A stretch of 64,000 nucleotides of DNA, taken from the IMG/VR virus record IMGVR_UViG_3300021437_000002, one strand, 5' to 3'. Origin of the DNA: a virus. Of the stretch, positions 17,255 through 27,900 are shown in pieces. The notes beneath the pieces are model-generated. The model saw nothing but the letters and a program-made list of their open reading frames with translations. It was not told the origin of the DNA and made no database searches. Numbering within the stretch: position 1 is the first letter of the stretch; every line of letters begins with the position of its first letter. A program made the position numbers and the translations under genes.

Positions 17255-20200
17255 TGGCCACCACGCTGAACATCTCGATCAACGCGACCGGGGCGACGGC
17301 CGGCGCGCAGCAGGTCAACCAGGCCCTGGGCAGCATTCCCCCGCAGGCCGGGCAGGTAACGCGCGCCGTCGATGCCGTCGCGAGTTCTTTGCAGCGGATC
17401 GCGCAAATTGCCGCCGGCATCACGCTCGCCGGTCTCTTTCGCGGTCTCATCAGTGATGCTGAGGGACTGGTCAAGCAAGGCATCAGTTACAGCGCCACGC
17501 TGGAGCGGTCCCGGCTGGGCATCGCAGCCCTGCTGCAAGGGACCACGCAACTGGTCGATGCCTCGGGCAAACAAGTCTCGACCTCAGCAGCCTGGACGGC
17601 CAATCTCAAAGAGGCTGGGGCACTCCAGGAGAAAATTGCCCAAATGTCCGCGTCCACCTTAGGGACACAGCAAGAGTTGCTTGATGTGTTCCGCAACGTG
17701 CTGGCCTTCGGTCGCGGCCAGGTCGCCACCGATAACGATCGATTGCAGGCCGCGCAAGGCATTCTGAATATCAGTAAGCTGCTGGGCTTGAATGACGCAT
17801 TGGTCGAGAACCAGTCGCGTGAAATTTTCACGCTCTTGCGCGCGCAGGGACAGATTGTCTTACAGACGATCGGCATCACGGTCGAGCAAGCGCGGCAATA
17901 CAAGGCGCAGGGGACGCTCATCCAGGAACTCAACGCGCATCTGGCGGTCTATAACCAGCTCGCAGAAGGGGCTGCCCTGACCTGGGTCGGGCTGACTACC
18001 ACGGTCAGCACCTTTAGCAACTTGACGCTGGCGGCGAACTTCGCCGGCGTGTTTAGCGCGATGAAAGAGGTATTGATCGGCGCCCGCGATGAGCTGGATA
18101 AGTTGCGGGCAGCGGGCGAGTCCGTGCCGGTCAATGTCGATACCCAAACCTTAAGACAGGCAGGGGCATTTGCGGCGGACTTATGGGACTGGCTCGTCAA
18201 ACTGGCGGCGAAAAGTACGGTCGTCGCCATTCAGGTCGTCACGCAAGCCACCTCTACTGCACAGCCGGGAGGGATCACCAGTAAGGGTGTCGGTTTCGCT
18301 GCGGCCAAGCTCGGTACTCTCGCATTGTCTGCGGCGATCAGCGAGGCAAGTGATGTACTGACGATTTTGACCGCGGCACTGCATGCGACGGAAGGAGCAG
18401 CGTTAGCGCTGATGGCACCGTTTGAGGCAGTGGTTGGGCAGACGGACACGCTGGACCTGGCCTTGCAAAAAGGTCAGCAAGCGTTGGATGAATGGAATGG
18501 GGTCGCAGGGAAAACCGGGGCGCAACTCACTGCGCTGACAACCCAATGGCATCAGTTACCCGACTCCGTCAACCTGGGAACCGTCGCCTTTGAAGCGCTC
18601 GGTGGGGCCTATGTCTCACTCGAAGGTAGCCAGAAAAGGCTGAGTCTCTCACAAGACGAGTCAAACAAGGCCGTAGCGGCCGGGGAGAAACTTGCCACGG
18701 AGGCCGCGAAAGCATATGTCGAACTGGCCGTGGCGCTGGGCAAGGTCACCGGCAGTTCCGAGGGGATACAGGCCTCCTTTCAAGCCCAACTCCAGCAAAT
18801 TGAGGCGCAGCGCCAGCAAGCCTTAGCGCTGGCGAAAGCCAGCAACGTCAAGGACACGAGCGAGATAGATCGCCGGGCCAGTGACGCCACGACCCTGGTC
18901 GTGCTCAAGAATGAACAGGACAAAAGCGCGGCGGCGCAACTCCGGTCTGAGCAGTCGATCAAAGCCACACAAGCAGAGTTTGCGGTGGAGGCCGCCACCG
19001 CGGAAGGGCGCAAGACGCTCCTGCAAGGGCAGGTCGCGCTTCAGCAGGCAAACCTGACCTTGCTCCAGCAGGCCAATGCGCCGTTGGCGGCGCAGCAGGC
19101 GGCGCAAGACAAATTGCTGAGCACACAGCAACAACTCGCCGCAGCCGGCGTGAGCGCAGCCCAAGCGAATCAGGCAAAAGCCCAGGCGGATCTCAACGGG
19201 CTCTTGCAACAACAGGTCGAGATCACCACGCGATTAGGGGAAGCGCAACGACTGGGTGGAGACGAGGGTGCAGCCCGGGCGGCGCAAGACCAGAAGGATC
19301 TCACTGCCACAAATCTCAAGATCCAGGAAGCGACGGCGAATGTAGCGCAGGCAGGAACGGCGGTGACGGCAGCGCAGAATCAGGTAGCCGCCGGCACGCT
19401 ACAGGCCCAACAAGCCGCTATCGCCCTGACCGATCAATTCATCAAGCAGGCGCAGGTACGGGCGGACGCAGCCAAAAGTGCGGGTGATTTGCAACAACAG
19501 TCCGATCTGAACGCGATCGCGAATCAGAAAACGGTGCTCCAGGCTGACCAGCAGCGATTGACGGCAGAGAAAGAACTGGCGGTGGCATCTGGCGCGAGTG
19601 CGCAAGAAATCTTTGCCATCACGCAACGGGAACTGGAGGTGCAGCGTCAATTGATCGTTGCTGACCAGCAAGCGATTCAAATAAAGCTGACCCAAGCACA
19701 AGTAGACCTCGCAGCGGACGCGGCACATGTCGATGCCCTACGCCAGCAACTGGCAGCCATTCAAGACATTAACAGTGCGCAGGGTGGTGTCCAGGCGCAA
19801 AATACTGTTACCGCCCTGGCGGCAGCGACAGCGCAATATAGTAAACAAGCAGAAACCGTCAACACACTCAACACTGAATTCGGCGACACCGTTACCCATC
19901 TTCAGACCATTGGCATCCAAGGCCGCACCGCCTTCCAGACCCTGCAAAACGAACTCGCGAAAACTGCCTTCATCTCGCAGAACAGCATTGGCGCGATGCT
20001 GGAGCAGGTCACCACCGGCATCTTGCAGGGGACGCAGTCTATCGGGAATATCCTGTCGAGTGTCGGCCAGGGGCTTGGGGTCAAATTCTTCTCGCAGTTG
20101 ATTGCTGGGAAGCAGCAGAACCTCGACGTGCCGCTGATCGGCAATATCTCCAAGCTGGTGTTTGACAACGGCGGGGGATTGATAGGCTTTTTATTTGGGC

Positions 20201-23200
20201 AGGGCGGCGCAATTTCCGCAACAAATTTTGTCAGTGGTTTTCAGGGCATCTTTAATGGGACAGGGGCCGGTTCGATATTTACGAGCCTCGGCCAACCGGC
20301 GAGCAGCGGAGGCGGAGGGCTGTTCGGCAGTCTTGGAAATCTCTTTAGCAATGCTGGATTTAATGCGGCGGGCAGCTTCGTGCAATCCTTCGGGCAGGCA
20401 CTCCCTATCATCGGAGTGAGCATCGGACTCGGGCAGATATTCGCAAAAATCTTGGGAGGGGGACAAGGCGCAACTATCGGTGGCTTTCTCGGTCCTCTTG
20501 GGGCTGGCCTCGGCGCACTCTTCGACGTGTTTTTTGCTCACACGCCGACGCAAGGCACGCAGATCCGCGCCTCAGTCAAGGACACACTCACGAGCTGGAA
20601 AGTCTCCTTTGCCGCCGAGATCGACAGCGGCAATTACTTCTTCGAGGACACCAAAGCGCTGGCGGCAAAGATGTTCGGCGGCGACTTCCTGGCGGCGAGC
20701 AAGGACGTACTCACGACTAAGGCCGGGCCGGAGATCGCCAAGCAGTTGCAGGCGCTCGGAACCTTTATCACGGCGGACCAAGCGATGAAGCTCGGCAAGT
20801 CTGTCGAGCAGACCGGGACGACCTTTGGCAACATGCTCATTGCGAACCTCGGCATTGATAAAATCCCCGCTGCCATCGCGGAGACCATCAGCAAGGGAAA
20901 CATCACGTTCCAGGCCCTGACCGACAAGCTGACCAGCGTATTTCAGGCCGGGAAAATCGGCGCGGACTTCTACAAAGACGCCATTATGGGCGCGGTCGGC
21001 CTCTTTACCACCGACCTCCCCGCCGGCATCGACATTGCCAAGATCGCAATGGACTCCTTCACCAAGGACGGGATTTTCGACCTTGAGGTATTCAAAGCTA
21101 AGATTCTGGACGTGAGCACGGCGGCCAAGAACATCCAGGACTCGCTCACTAAGGCGATCACAGAAGGCATCTCAGGGAACCTCACGACGGCCCAGGTTGA
21201 GATCAATTTCAAGACGAACCTGCAACAGGTGATTCGGGACGAGCTGATAGCGAAGACCATTGCCGAGGGGATAGGAGACGTGTTCAAGGGCATCGACCTG
21301 ACCAAACCGCTGGACTCCGCAACGATAGACCTGCTGGGTACGCGCGTCGGCGTGGTTTATGACAACGTGAAAAGTGTGTTGGGAGCGGCGGGAGCGTTGC
21401 CTGACGCTTTCAACAAAACAACCACCGCCGCAACGAGTACGGGTGACGCGGTCGAAAGTATCCTCAAGGGGGTCGGCCTCACTGCCAGTCAGATTGTTGA
21501 CGTGCGCAGTGCTTTCGCGAACCTCAAGCTTCCAGAAAATCTCAGTGGCATCGCAACGCAAGACGCGGATGCCGTCAAGAAAGCCTTTGACGACGCCCTT
21601 GCCTCAGCCGGACTGACCGCCGACCAGATCACGAAGGTGGATGGTGCGTTGCACTCGGCGGGACTGTTCGCGAAGGACTTCGCGGCTGGCCTGAAGGATG
21701 CCGCAAATGCCAGTGCAGACCTAGCAGCGGCGGCGAAGGATGCCACGGCGGCGGCAGACCTGAAGGGCGGAGCCTTCGCGGCTGACATTCGCTCCGCCGC
21801 ATCCACGGCCATCTCAGACGGGATCAAGAACGGCGCAAGCGCGACCGACATTGGCGCATCCTTCACCAAGGGCCTAGAAAATTCCATCGCGACCTCGATC
21901 ACAAATGCCGTCATTACCGGATTCACCAACGCCGCCCTCACAAGTAGTGCGCTTGGTCCGGCGCTCGCGAAAATAACGGATCTCGAAAACTCCTACATCG
22001 CGGGCAAGATCGACCTCTCCACTTTCACCAAGGGCATCGCCGGGGCGTTCGCGGCGGCTAAGCCGGAGATCGAGAAGTTGGCGGCCGCCATCGGCGTCAC
22101 GGGTGACGAGTTACGCAAGGCACTGGGTCCTCTTCTCGGGGATGATGGTACAGGTGCACATCAGCAAGGATTTATTAATAACCCTCTCAATGACCTGCTC
22201 GGTCCGCTCGCAGATAAGCAAAAGGCGGTGACCGACCAGACGAGTCAAACGGCAGACGCGGCGAAAGCAGCAGCGGATAATACTGGTGCGATGGTGGATG
22301 CTTTGCAAGCAGCACTGAAGGCAGCAGGAGGAAGTGCAGAAGAAATTGCGAAAGTGAAGGATGCGATGCTCGCTGCCGGTGCATCTGGAGGGAATCTCAC
22401 TGACGCGCTCGGCGCTGCGGCGAAGGCGGCTGGGCTCTCTCTTCCTGAGCTAGCGAAAATGAAAGATTCGCTGGGATTGGCAGGGGACGCCGGCAATGCG
22501 GTCGCAAAGTCACTGGCCGATGCCCTGGCAAAATCCGGGCTCTTGCCGCCAACGCTCAAGGATGCCGGGAGCGAGGCAGACGGGATACGGGGCGCGATGG
22601 AGAAGGCGTTGGCGAACATCACCTCCTCCGCCTCGCAGGCCCAGGCGCTGGCAACCGCCCTGCAAAATGCAGCGATCGCGAGCGCCACCATCCACATCCC
22701 TGCGGCTCCGGCCGCGACTGGACATGCGGGTGGTGGCCTCGTTGGCGGTTCGGGCACGGGTGACACGGTGCCGGCCATGCTCGCCCCTGGTGAGTTTGTC
22801 GTCAACGCGAAAGATGCGCAGAAGCACCTCGCTTTACTCGCGCAAATCAACGCCGGCATGGAGGTCGCGCACTTTGCCACTGGTGGGCCCGTCGGTACGG
22901 CACCGCATAATTTTATCGAACGTGCGTTAGCGGATCCCACTGCTGACTCTCATCTTGTCGATTCTTTGAAGTCCATGGGGTTTGCCGCAAAGACGGCGGC
23001 AACATCCGTGCAAGACCTCGCCAAGCAGATTGATGCGCTGGCGCAGGCGCGTATTGCGATCGGCACGACGCTCGCCGAGCAGCTCGGGCAGATCGGTGCC
23101 TTATCGGCTGAGGCCGTGGCCAAGGTCAAATATGATGCGATCAAAAATCAGTTGCAACCGCTGCTCGATCAGTTCAACGCGGGGACAAAACTCTCACTTG

Positions 23201-24126
23201 AGGACCTGGCCAAAGCCCAGACGCTCACGAATCAGCTCCGCACTACTACAGTGGACCGCTACACGGCGGAGGTGGCATCGCTGCAGCAGATACAAAAAGA
23301 CTGGCAAACGACGACCAGGACCATCCAGGACGCCATTACCAGCATTGTCGCCAAGGGACCTGGGAGTAGTGGGACCGAGCAACTTGCGTTTCTCCAGATC
23401 CAAGCCGCTCAGTTGCGCGCGCAGATCAAGACTGCGGCTCCGGCAGATCAGCCGGCGTTGGTGCAGAGCCTGGCGACGAATTTACAGAATCAGGTGCAAA
23501 CCGCATCTACCTTCCTCTCAACCAGTGACCAGCGATTCGCCAATTTGCGCGATGACGTGGTGAAGGAGTTGCAGGGATTGCAGGTCGTGGCCTCTCACCA
23601 GGTAGACACCACGGCGGCGGCCATCGCCGACTTGCGCACGGCAACGGTGACAGCGTTGCGCGCCCTGGCCGCGCAAGAGGATGCCCTGGCAGTAGCCCAG
23701 ATTGCGATCCTCCAAAAACAACTTGATGCGATGACGCATCCAGTCTCACGCACGCCCCCAGAGACAGTCCCTAACCCTCATCATCCACTGGGCGGCATGA
23801 CCTCAGCGGCCAGCGGCTTCTTGGGTACACTCACACAGGATCAGCTTTTTCTCGCGCATGCGGGGGAATTGGTCGCCATCGCGCCGGTGTCGAAGCTGCA
23901 GGCGGTAACGGCACCCGCCGTGAGCACCGCACCACCAGTGATCCAGTATAGCCCGCAGATTTCCGTCCGCGTCGATGGGGGCAGTGACGATCCACAGGAC
24001 CTCGCGGATGCGGTGGGCAGACAGGTGCGCAAGGAACTCGACCAGCATGCTGATGACTTTTTCCTGAAAGCCTGGGGCGGGCGTGGTGGCAAAGTGGTCC
24101 GGCAAGAGTTGACGCTGAGGAAATAA
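17254..24126 (+). CDS. tape measure protein
   Basis: 2290 aa with long A/Q-rich coiled-coil stretches, a Gly-rich hydrophobic middle, and the C-terminal motif TVPAMLAPGEFVVNAKDAQKH. Confidence 0.9.
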   Translation: MATTLNISINATGATAGAQQVNQALGSIPPQAGQVTRAVDAVASSLQRIAQIAAGITLAGLFRGLISDAEGLVKQGISYSATLERSRLGIAALLQGTTQLVDASGKQVSTSAAWTANLKEAGALQEKIAQMSASTLGTQQELLDVFRNVLAFGRGQVATDNDRLQAAQGILNISKLLGLNDALVENQSREIFTLLRAQGQIVLQTIGITVEQARQYKAQGTLIQELNAHLAVYNQLAEGAALTWVGLTTTVSTFSNLTLAANFAGVFSAMKEVLIGARDELDKLRAAGESVPVNVDTQTLRQAGAFAADLWDWLVKLAAKSTVVAIQVVTQATSTAQPGGITSKGVGFAAAKLGTLALSAAISEASDVLTILTAALHATEGAALALMAPFEAVVGQTDTLDLALQKGQQALDEWNGVAGKTGAQLTALTTQWHQLPDSVNLGTVAFEALGGAYVSLEGSQKRLSLSQDESNKAVAAGEKLATEAAKAYVELAVALGKVTGSSEGIQASFQAQLQQIEAQRQQALALAKASNVKDTSEIDRRASDATTLVVLKNEQDKSAAAQLRSEQSIKATQAEFAVEAATAEGRKTLLQGQVALQQANLTLLQQANAPLAAQQAAQDKLLSTQQQLAAAGVSAAQANQAKAQADLNGLLQQQVEITTRLGEAQRLGGDEGAARAAQDQKDLTATNLKIQEATANVAQAGTAVTAAQNQVAAGTLQAQQAAIALTDQFIKQAQVRADAAKSAGDLQQQSDLNAIANQKTVLQADQQRLTAEKELAVASGASAQEIFAITQRELEVQRQLIVADQQAIQIKLTQAQVDLAADAAHVDALRQQLAAIQDINSAQGGVQAQNTVTALAAATAQYSKQAETVNTLNTEFGDTVTHLQTIGIQGRTAFQTLQNELAKTAFISQNSIGAMLEQVTTGILQGTQSIGNILSSVGQGLGVKFFSQLIAGKQQNLDVPLIGNISKLVFDNGGGLIGFLFGQGGAISATNFVSGFQGIFNGTGAGSIFTSLGQPASSGGGGLFGSLGNLFSNAGFNAAGSFVQSFGQALPIIGVSIGLGQIFAKILGGGQGATIGGFLGPLGAGLGALFDVFFAHTPTQGTQIRASVKDTLTSWKVSFAAEIDSGNYFFEDTKALAAKMFGGDFLAASKDVLTTKAGPEIAKQLQALGTFITADQAMKLGKSVEQTGTTFGNMLIANLGIDKIPAAIAETISKGNITFQALTDKLTSVFQAGKIGADFYKDAIMGAVGLFTTDLPAGIDIAKIAMDSFTKDGIFDLEVFKAKILDVSTAAKNIQDSLTKAITEGISGNLTTAQVEINFKTNLQQVIRDELIAKTIAEGIGDVFKGIDLTKPLDSATIDLLGTRVGVVYDNVKSVLGAAGALPDAFNKTTTAATSTGDAVESILKGVGLTASQIVDVRSAFANLKLPENLSGIATQDADAVKKAFDDALASAGLTADQITKVDGALHSAGLFAKDFAAGLKDAANASADLAAAAKDATAAADLKGGAFAADIRSAASTAISDGIKNGASATDIGASFTKGLENSIATSITNAVITGFTNAALTSSALGPALAKITDLENSYIAGKIDLSTFTKGIAGAFAAAKPEIEKLAAAIGVTGDELRKALGPLLGDDGTGAHQQGFINNPLNDLLGPLADKQKAVTDQTSQTADAAKAAADNTGAMVDALQAALKAAGGSAEEIAKVKDAMLAAGASGGNLTDALGAAAKAAGLSLPELAKMKDSLGLAGDAGNAVAKSLADALAKSGLLPPTLKDAGSEADGIRGAMEKALANITSSASQAQALATALQNAAIASATIHIPAAPAATGHAGGGLVGGSGTGDTVPAMLAPGEFVVNAKDAQKHLALLAQINAGMEVAHFATGGPVGTAPHNFIERALADPTADSHLVDSLKSMGFAAKTAATSVQDLAKQIDALAQARIAIGTTLAEQLGQIGALSAEAVAKVKYDAIKNQLQPLLDQFNAGTKLSLEDLAKAQTLTNQLRTTTVDRYTAEVASLQQIQKDWQTTTRTIQDAITSIVAKGPGSSGTEQLAFLQIQAAQLRAQIKTAAPADQPALVQSLATNLQNQVQTASTFLSTSDQRFANLRDDVVKELQGLQVVASHQVDTTAAAIADLRTATVTALRALAAQEDALAVAQIAILQKQLDAMTHPVSRTPPETVPNPHHPLGGMTSAASGFLGTLTQDQLFLAHAGELVAIAPVSKLQAVTAPAVSTAPPVIQYSPQISVRVDGGSDDPQDLADAVGRQVRKELDQHADDFFLKAWGGRGGKVVRQELTLRK

Positions 24127-24127
24127 G

Positions 24128-24901
24128 ATGGCCGGGAATGTCCAATACTCCAACAGCTTCAGAACCGCGGTCATTAGCTCGGTCACGTCGGCAGTTGCGG
24201 GCTATCCGGCCACGCGCATGCTGGACAAAAACTTCCCGCTGCGTCCGTGGATGTCCACGAGTCTGGCCGTCCAGCAGGACATTGTCTTCGATCTTGGCTC
24301 CGCCCTGAGCATCGTCGAGGTAGAAATCTACGACGCAAACTTTACGACGTTGCACGTTGCGACCGGCACCGTGGCCACGCCGACCGATGTGAGCTACAAC
24401 GCCGACGACACGACCCATACCCTGCTCACCGACAAGTGGACGAATCGCACGAAGTTACGCATAGCGAAAGTGGCGACAAAACAGTACCTCAGATTGCGCG
24501 TGATCGTGCAGTCCGTGCTGGATGGTTCGCCCGGCTTTCAGATCGCCTATGTTGGCATCCTCTCCGCTGTGACCACAATGACCGCCAATCCCTGGACCGG
24601 CATGCAGATCAAGCAGCGGCAGGCGATGCTCAGCAATGGCCTGAGTGATGCCGAGGCCGGGCCGTTCTATCTCGAGATCCCGATCGAGAATCAGGTGCTC
24701 CCTCCTGCGCAACTCGATGAGTGGCGCAATATCACGCTCTTCGGTCACTCCACGCCCTTTCACTTCTTTTTCAATAACGGGAACGACTCGGAGATTTACT
24801 TGATGAAGTCCGTGGTGGAACCGACCACGTCTTGGGATGGCCCTAATTATCACCCCAGTCTCACCCTGCGTGAGCATATCGGCTACATCGCCAAGTCATG
24901 A
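24128..24901 (+). CDS. distal/minor tail protein
   Basis: 257 aa directly after the tape measure gene. The N-terminus looks like a galactose-binding-like domain. Confidence 0.55.
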   Translation: MAGNVQYSNSFRTAVISSVTSAVAGYPATRMLDKNFPLRPWMSTSLAVQQDIVFDLGSALSIVEVEIYDANFTTLHVATGTVATPTDVSYNADDTTHTLLTDKWTNRTKLRIAKVATKQYLRLRVIVQSVLDGSPGFQIAYVGILSAVTTMTANPWTGMQIKQRQAMLSNGLSDAEAGPFYLEIPIENQVLPPAQLDEWRNITLFGHSTPFHFFFNNGNDSEIYLMKSVVEPTTSWDGPNYHPSLTLREHIGYIAKS

Positions 24902-27900
24902 CCAAAGCCCTGCGCACCCGCGCCAGCCTCACGCTTGATTCCGGTACGGTCTTGTGGACCGATGCCGAAGATGACGCCATTCCCACCTACGAGGGCATGC
25001 TGGTCAAGTCAGTCGTGATTGAGAAAGCCCTGCCTGACCTCGGCGCCGGCGTGCAGGGAGCGCGAGAGGCGACACTGGAAGTGACGAACATTCTCGTGAC
25101 GCCGACCCTGAACACGCCCTCATATCTGCTCACGCTGGGCGAGATTCTCGGCAAGCAGGCGCATGTGGAGGTGACCGACCTGGAGCAGTCCCCTATCAAG
25201 ACCGTGCTCGACCTGGACGGCACGGTGATTGATACGCCTGGCGGCATCGGCCGCACCTCGGCGCAACTGCGCATCAGCACGCAAGACACGGACGGGTTTA
25301 CTTCGCTGGTGCCTGGCGTCGCCATTAGTGATGCGTTCCCATCCAGTGACCACAGTGCTTTGCGTGACACGAAGGCGATGGTACGAGTTCCATTCGGCAT
25401 CATGTCAAAGGTGGACCTGGCGCTCTGTCACGCGACCGTGCTGACCTGCACCTTTGTGATTGCTGCTTCAGCGGATGCGGACAAGTATTTTTATGCTGAT
25501 GATACCAGCGTGCCAGATACCTTGACACAGAACGGTGATCGACTCGTCTATGACATTTTTCTTGCGGCCGCCGGGGTCCTCGTCGGCCTGAGTCTCTGGG
25601 ATGGGACCACTCTCCTGCACGCGACCGCGGCGGTAGACCAGAACGGCCTCTCGAGCCACCCGGCCACGGACCTGAGCGCCTCTGCAAATGCCCGGTGGTA
25701 TAGGCGGGACATTCCCTTGCCGGCGGCGCTCATCGGCAAAACGATCACCACCTTTCTGGTCGGCTGCGAAAATAATGCGGCAGGCACCTACGTTGCTTAT
25801 ATCGCCAATGCCGCCATCGTGGACCGCAACGGCAACGTCAGGGTCTCGATCTTCAACGAGAATGTCACGCCGACCTACAACGTGGGAACACCTTTTCTTA
25901 AACTCCCAGCAACCAACACAGCGACGATCAACAAGATCGCGATCTGGGACTTCGGCGCGATCCGGCTCCCGGCCATCATCAACTCCGGTCCCTCCTTCAG
26001 CGGTGCCGGCGCGGCGACCTATGCGAATCCAGACCGCTACAACTTCACGACCCTGACAGCGGAGATTTGGTTCAAAGTGTCGAGTGCGACAGGCAACCCG
26101 GTGCTGATGGGCAGGACCTGGACCGGAGGGCACGGCTGGACACTGCGCCTCAATACGACCGCAGGTGGCCTGCAGGCCGCAATACAAACCTCAGTCGGCG
26201 CGACCACCTCAAGTGCCTCCGGTGTGTGGACGGACAACGTCTGGCACCATGCGGCCTTCTCAATTAACGTGGCCACCCTCACGCTCAAGGTCTATGGCGA
26301 TGGACTCTTACTGACGACCACGGCCTACACTGGCACGTTTACCACCGGTGGCGGCACCTTCAGCTCTGGCGCGGCATTACTAACCGGCGGCGCGTTCACC
26401 GGGTCGCTGAGCGAGGCGCGGATCTGGAATCGCGTGCTGGACGACCAGGAAATACTCTTTCATTTTAACGCCCTCAAGACGGGCTATGAGACCGGCCTGA
26501 TGGGCTACTGGCCGATGAACGAGAATACCGGATCGGTTGCCGCTGACAACAGTCCCAACGGCAATGATGCAACGCTGACGGGCCACACGTGGGTTGCCGG
26601 GCCGACTGCGACACAGTTAGTGCCAAACGTGATCAACGAACTCTACCGCGACGCCGGGGTGGTCCCGCGCGACCAATGGAGCCCGGTCGCCTGGGGCAGC
26701 TTCCTGCTGGCACAGTTCCTCACCGCACCGCGCTCGCCAGGCGGTCGAGTGCCCGCTATTCAAGCGGATCTGGTGTCGCGCGAGTTTAGCCGTAACCCGG
26801 CCTTAGCAGCAAAATTCATGTTGACAGATGCCTCGTATGGCGGCGGGAAAACGGCGGATACGCAGAACTTTGCCCTGGCTGCCGCGCACTACCTGAGCTT
26901 GGTCAACCCGACCGGCTACCGCATAGACGGCGGCCTCTCCTCACTGCGCCCATTGCGTGATGTGCTCAACGAACTGGCGTTGCACGGTGCGTATTATGAG
27001 CGATTTTCCGGGGGCGCGTATCGCATGTTCGTCGATCATGTCAACTCTGCCCTGTCTCTGACAGCGGCCAGCAGTCAGTATATCGCCGTCGGCGATCGCG
27101 CGGACCTGAGTTTCACAGGAAACATTTTTACCATCGAGTTCTGGCTCAAGGCCAACGACACGACCACGGCAATGGGTATTCTGCGCAAGCGCACGGCCGC
27201 CACGGCTGAGGAATATGCCATCTGGACGAGTGTGGGCGGCACGCTGGAGTTCCGCGCCTGGAACAGCAACGGCGCGACCGTCGTGTATCAGGTCAACACG
27301 ACCTACGACACGAACTGGAATCACTTCGCCCTGGTTGCTGATGGCGCGAATTGCTTTCTGTATAAGAACGGCGTGCAAGTGGCAACGGCGGCCAAGGGCG
27401 GCGCGAGCATGAGCGATACCGTCGCACCCTTTGAACTGGGCCGATCACGGGACAATGCGGGCACTGGCATCACCTACACCAATGGCTTGCTGGATGAGGT
27501 GCGGATCTGGAACGTCGCGCGGTCGCTGACCAACATCATCGACTGGAAAGACCGCGAGCTGGAACGCTTAGAAACGGGGCTGGTCTTTTATATGCAGATG
27601 AACGAGGTGGGCCAGACCAGCGCCTTTGATCTCGTGACCTCAACCTGGTATGCCCTGCTTGCCGGCGCGACCTGGTCCACTGAGGCCGCCGTGACCTGGG
27701 CCGATCCCAAGGACGAGAACGGGGTGGCGGTCGAGCTGGGCGACGGCGACTACGGATCAACAGCCTGGCAAAATGCCTCGTATGAGGGCGAGATCATTAC
27801 CGCGCTGGCGCAACGGGTCAAGACGCTGACGCTCAGTTGCGCGCCGGATCCTGGATTTACCGGGAATCTCAAATACGTACTCGGTCCGTCCCGCTCAACA

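Noticed and set aside
22245-22940. 231-aa minus-strand ORF, plus other nested ORFs, inside the tape measure gene
   Set aside because: These are generated by the Ala-rich coding repeats of the tape measure gene. They have no independent start signals.
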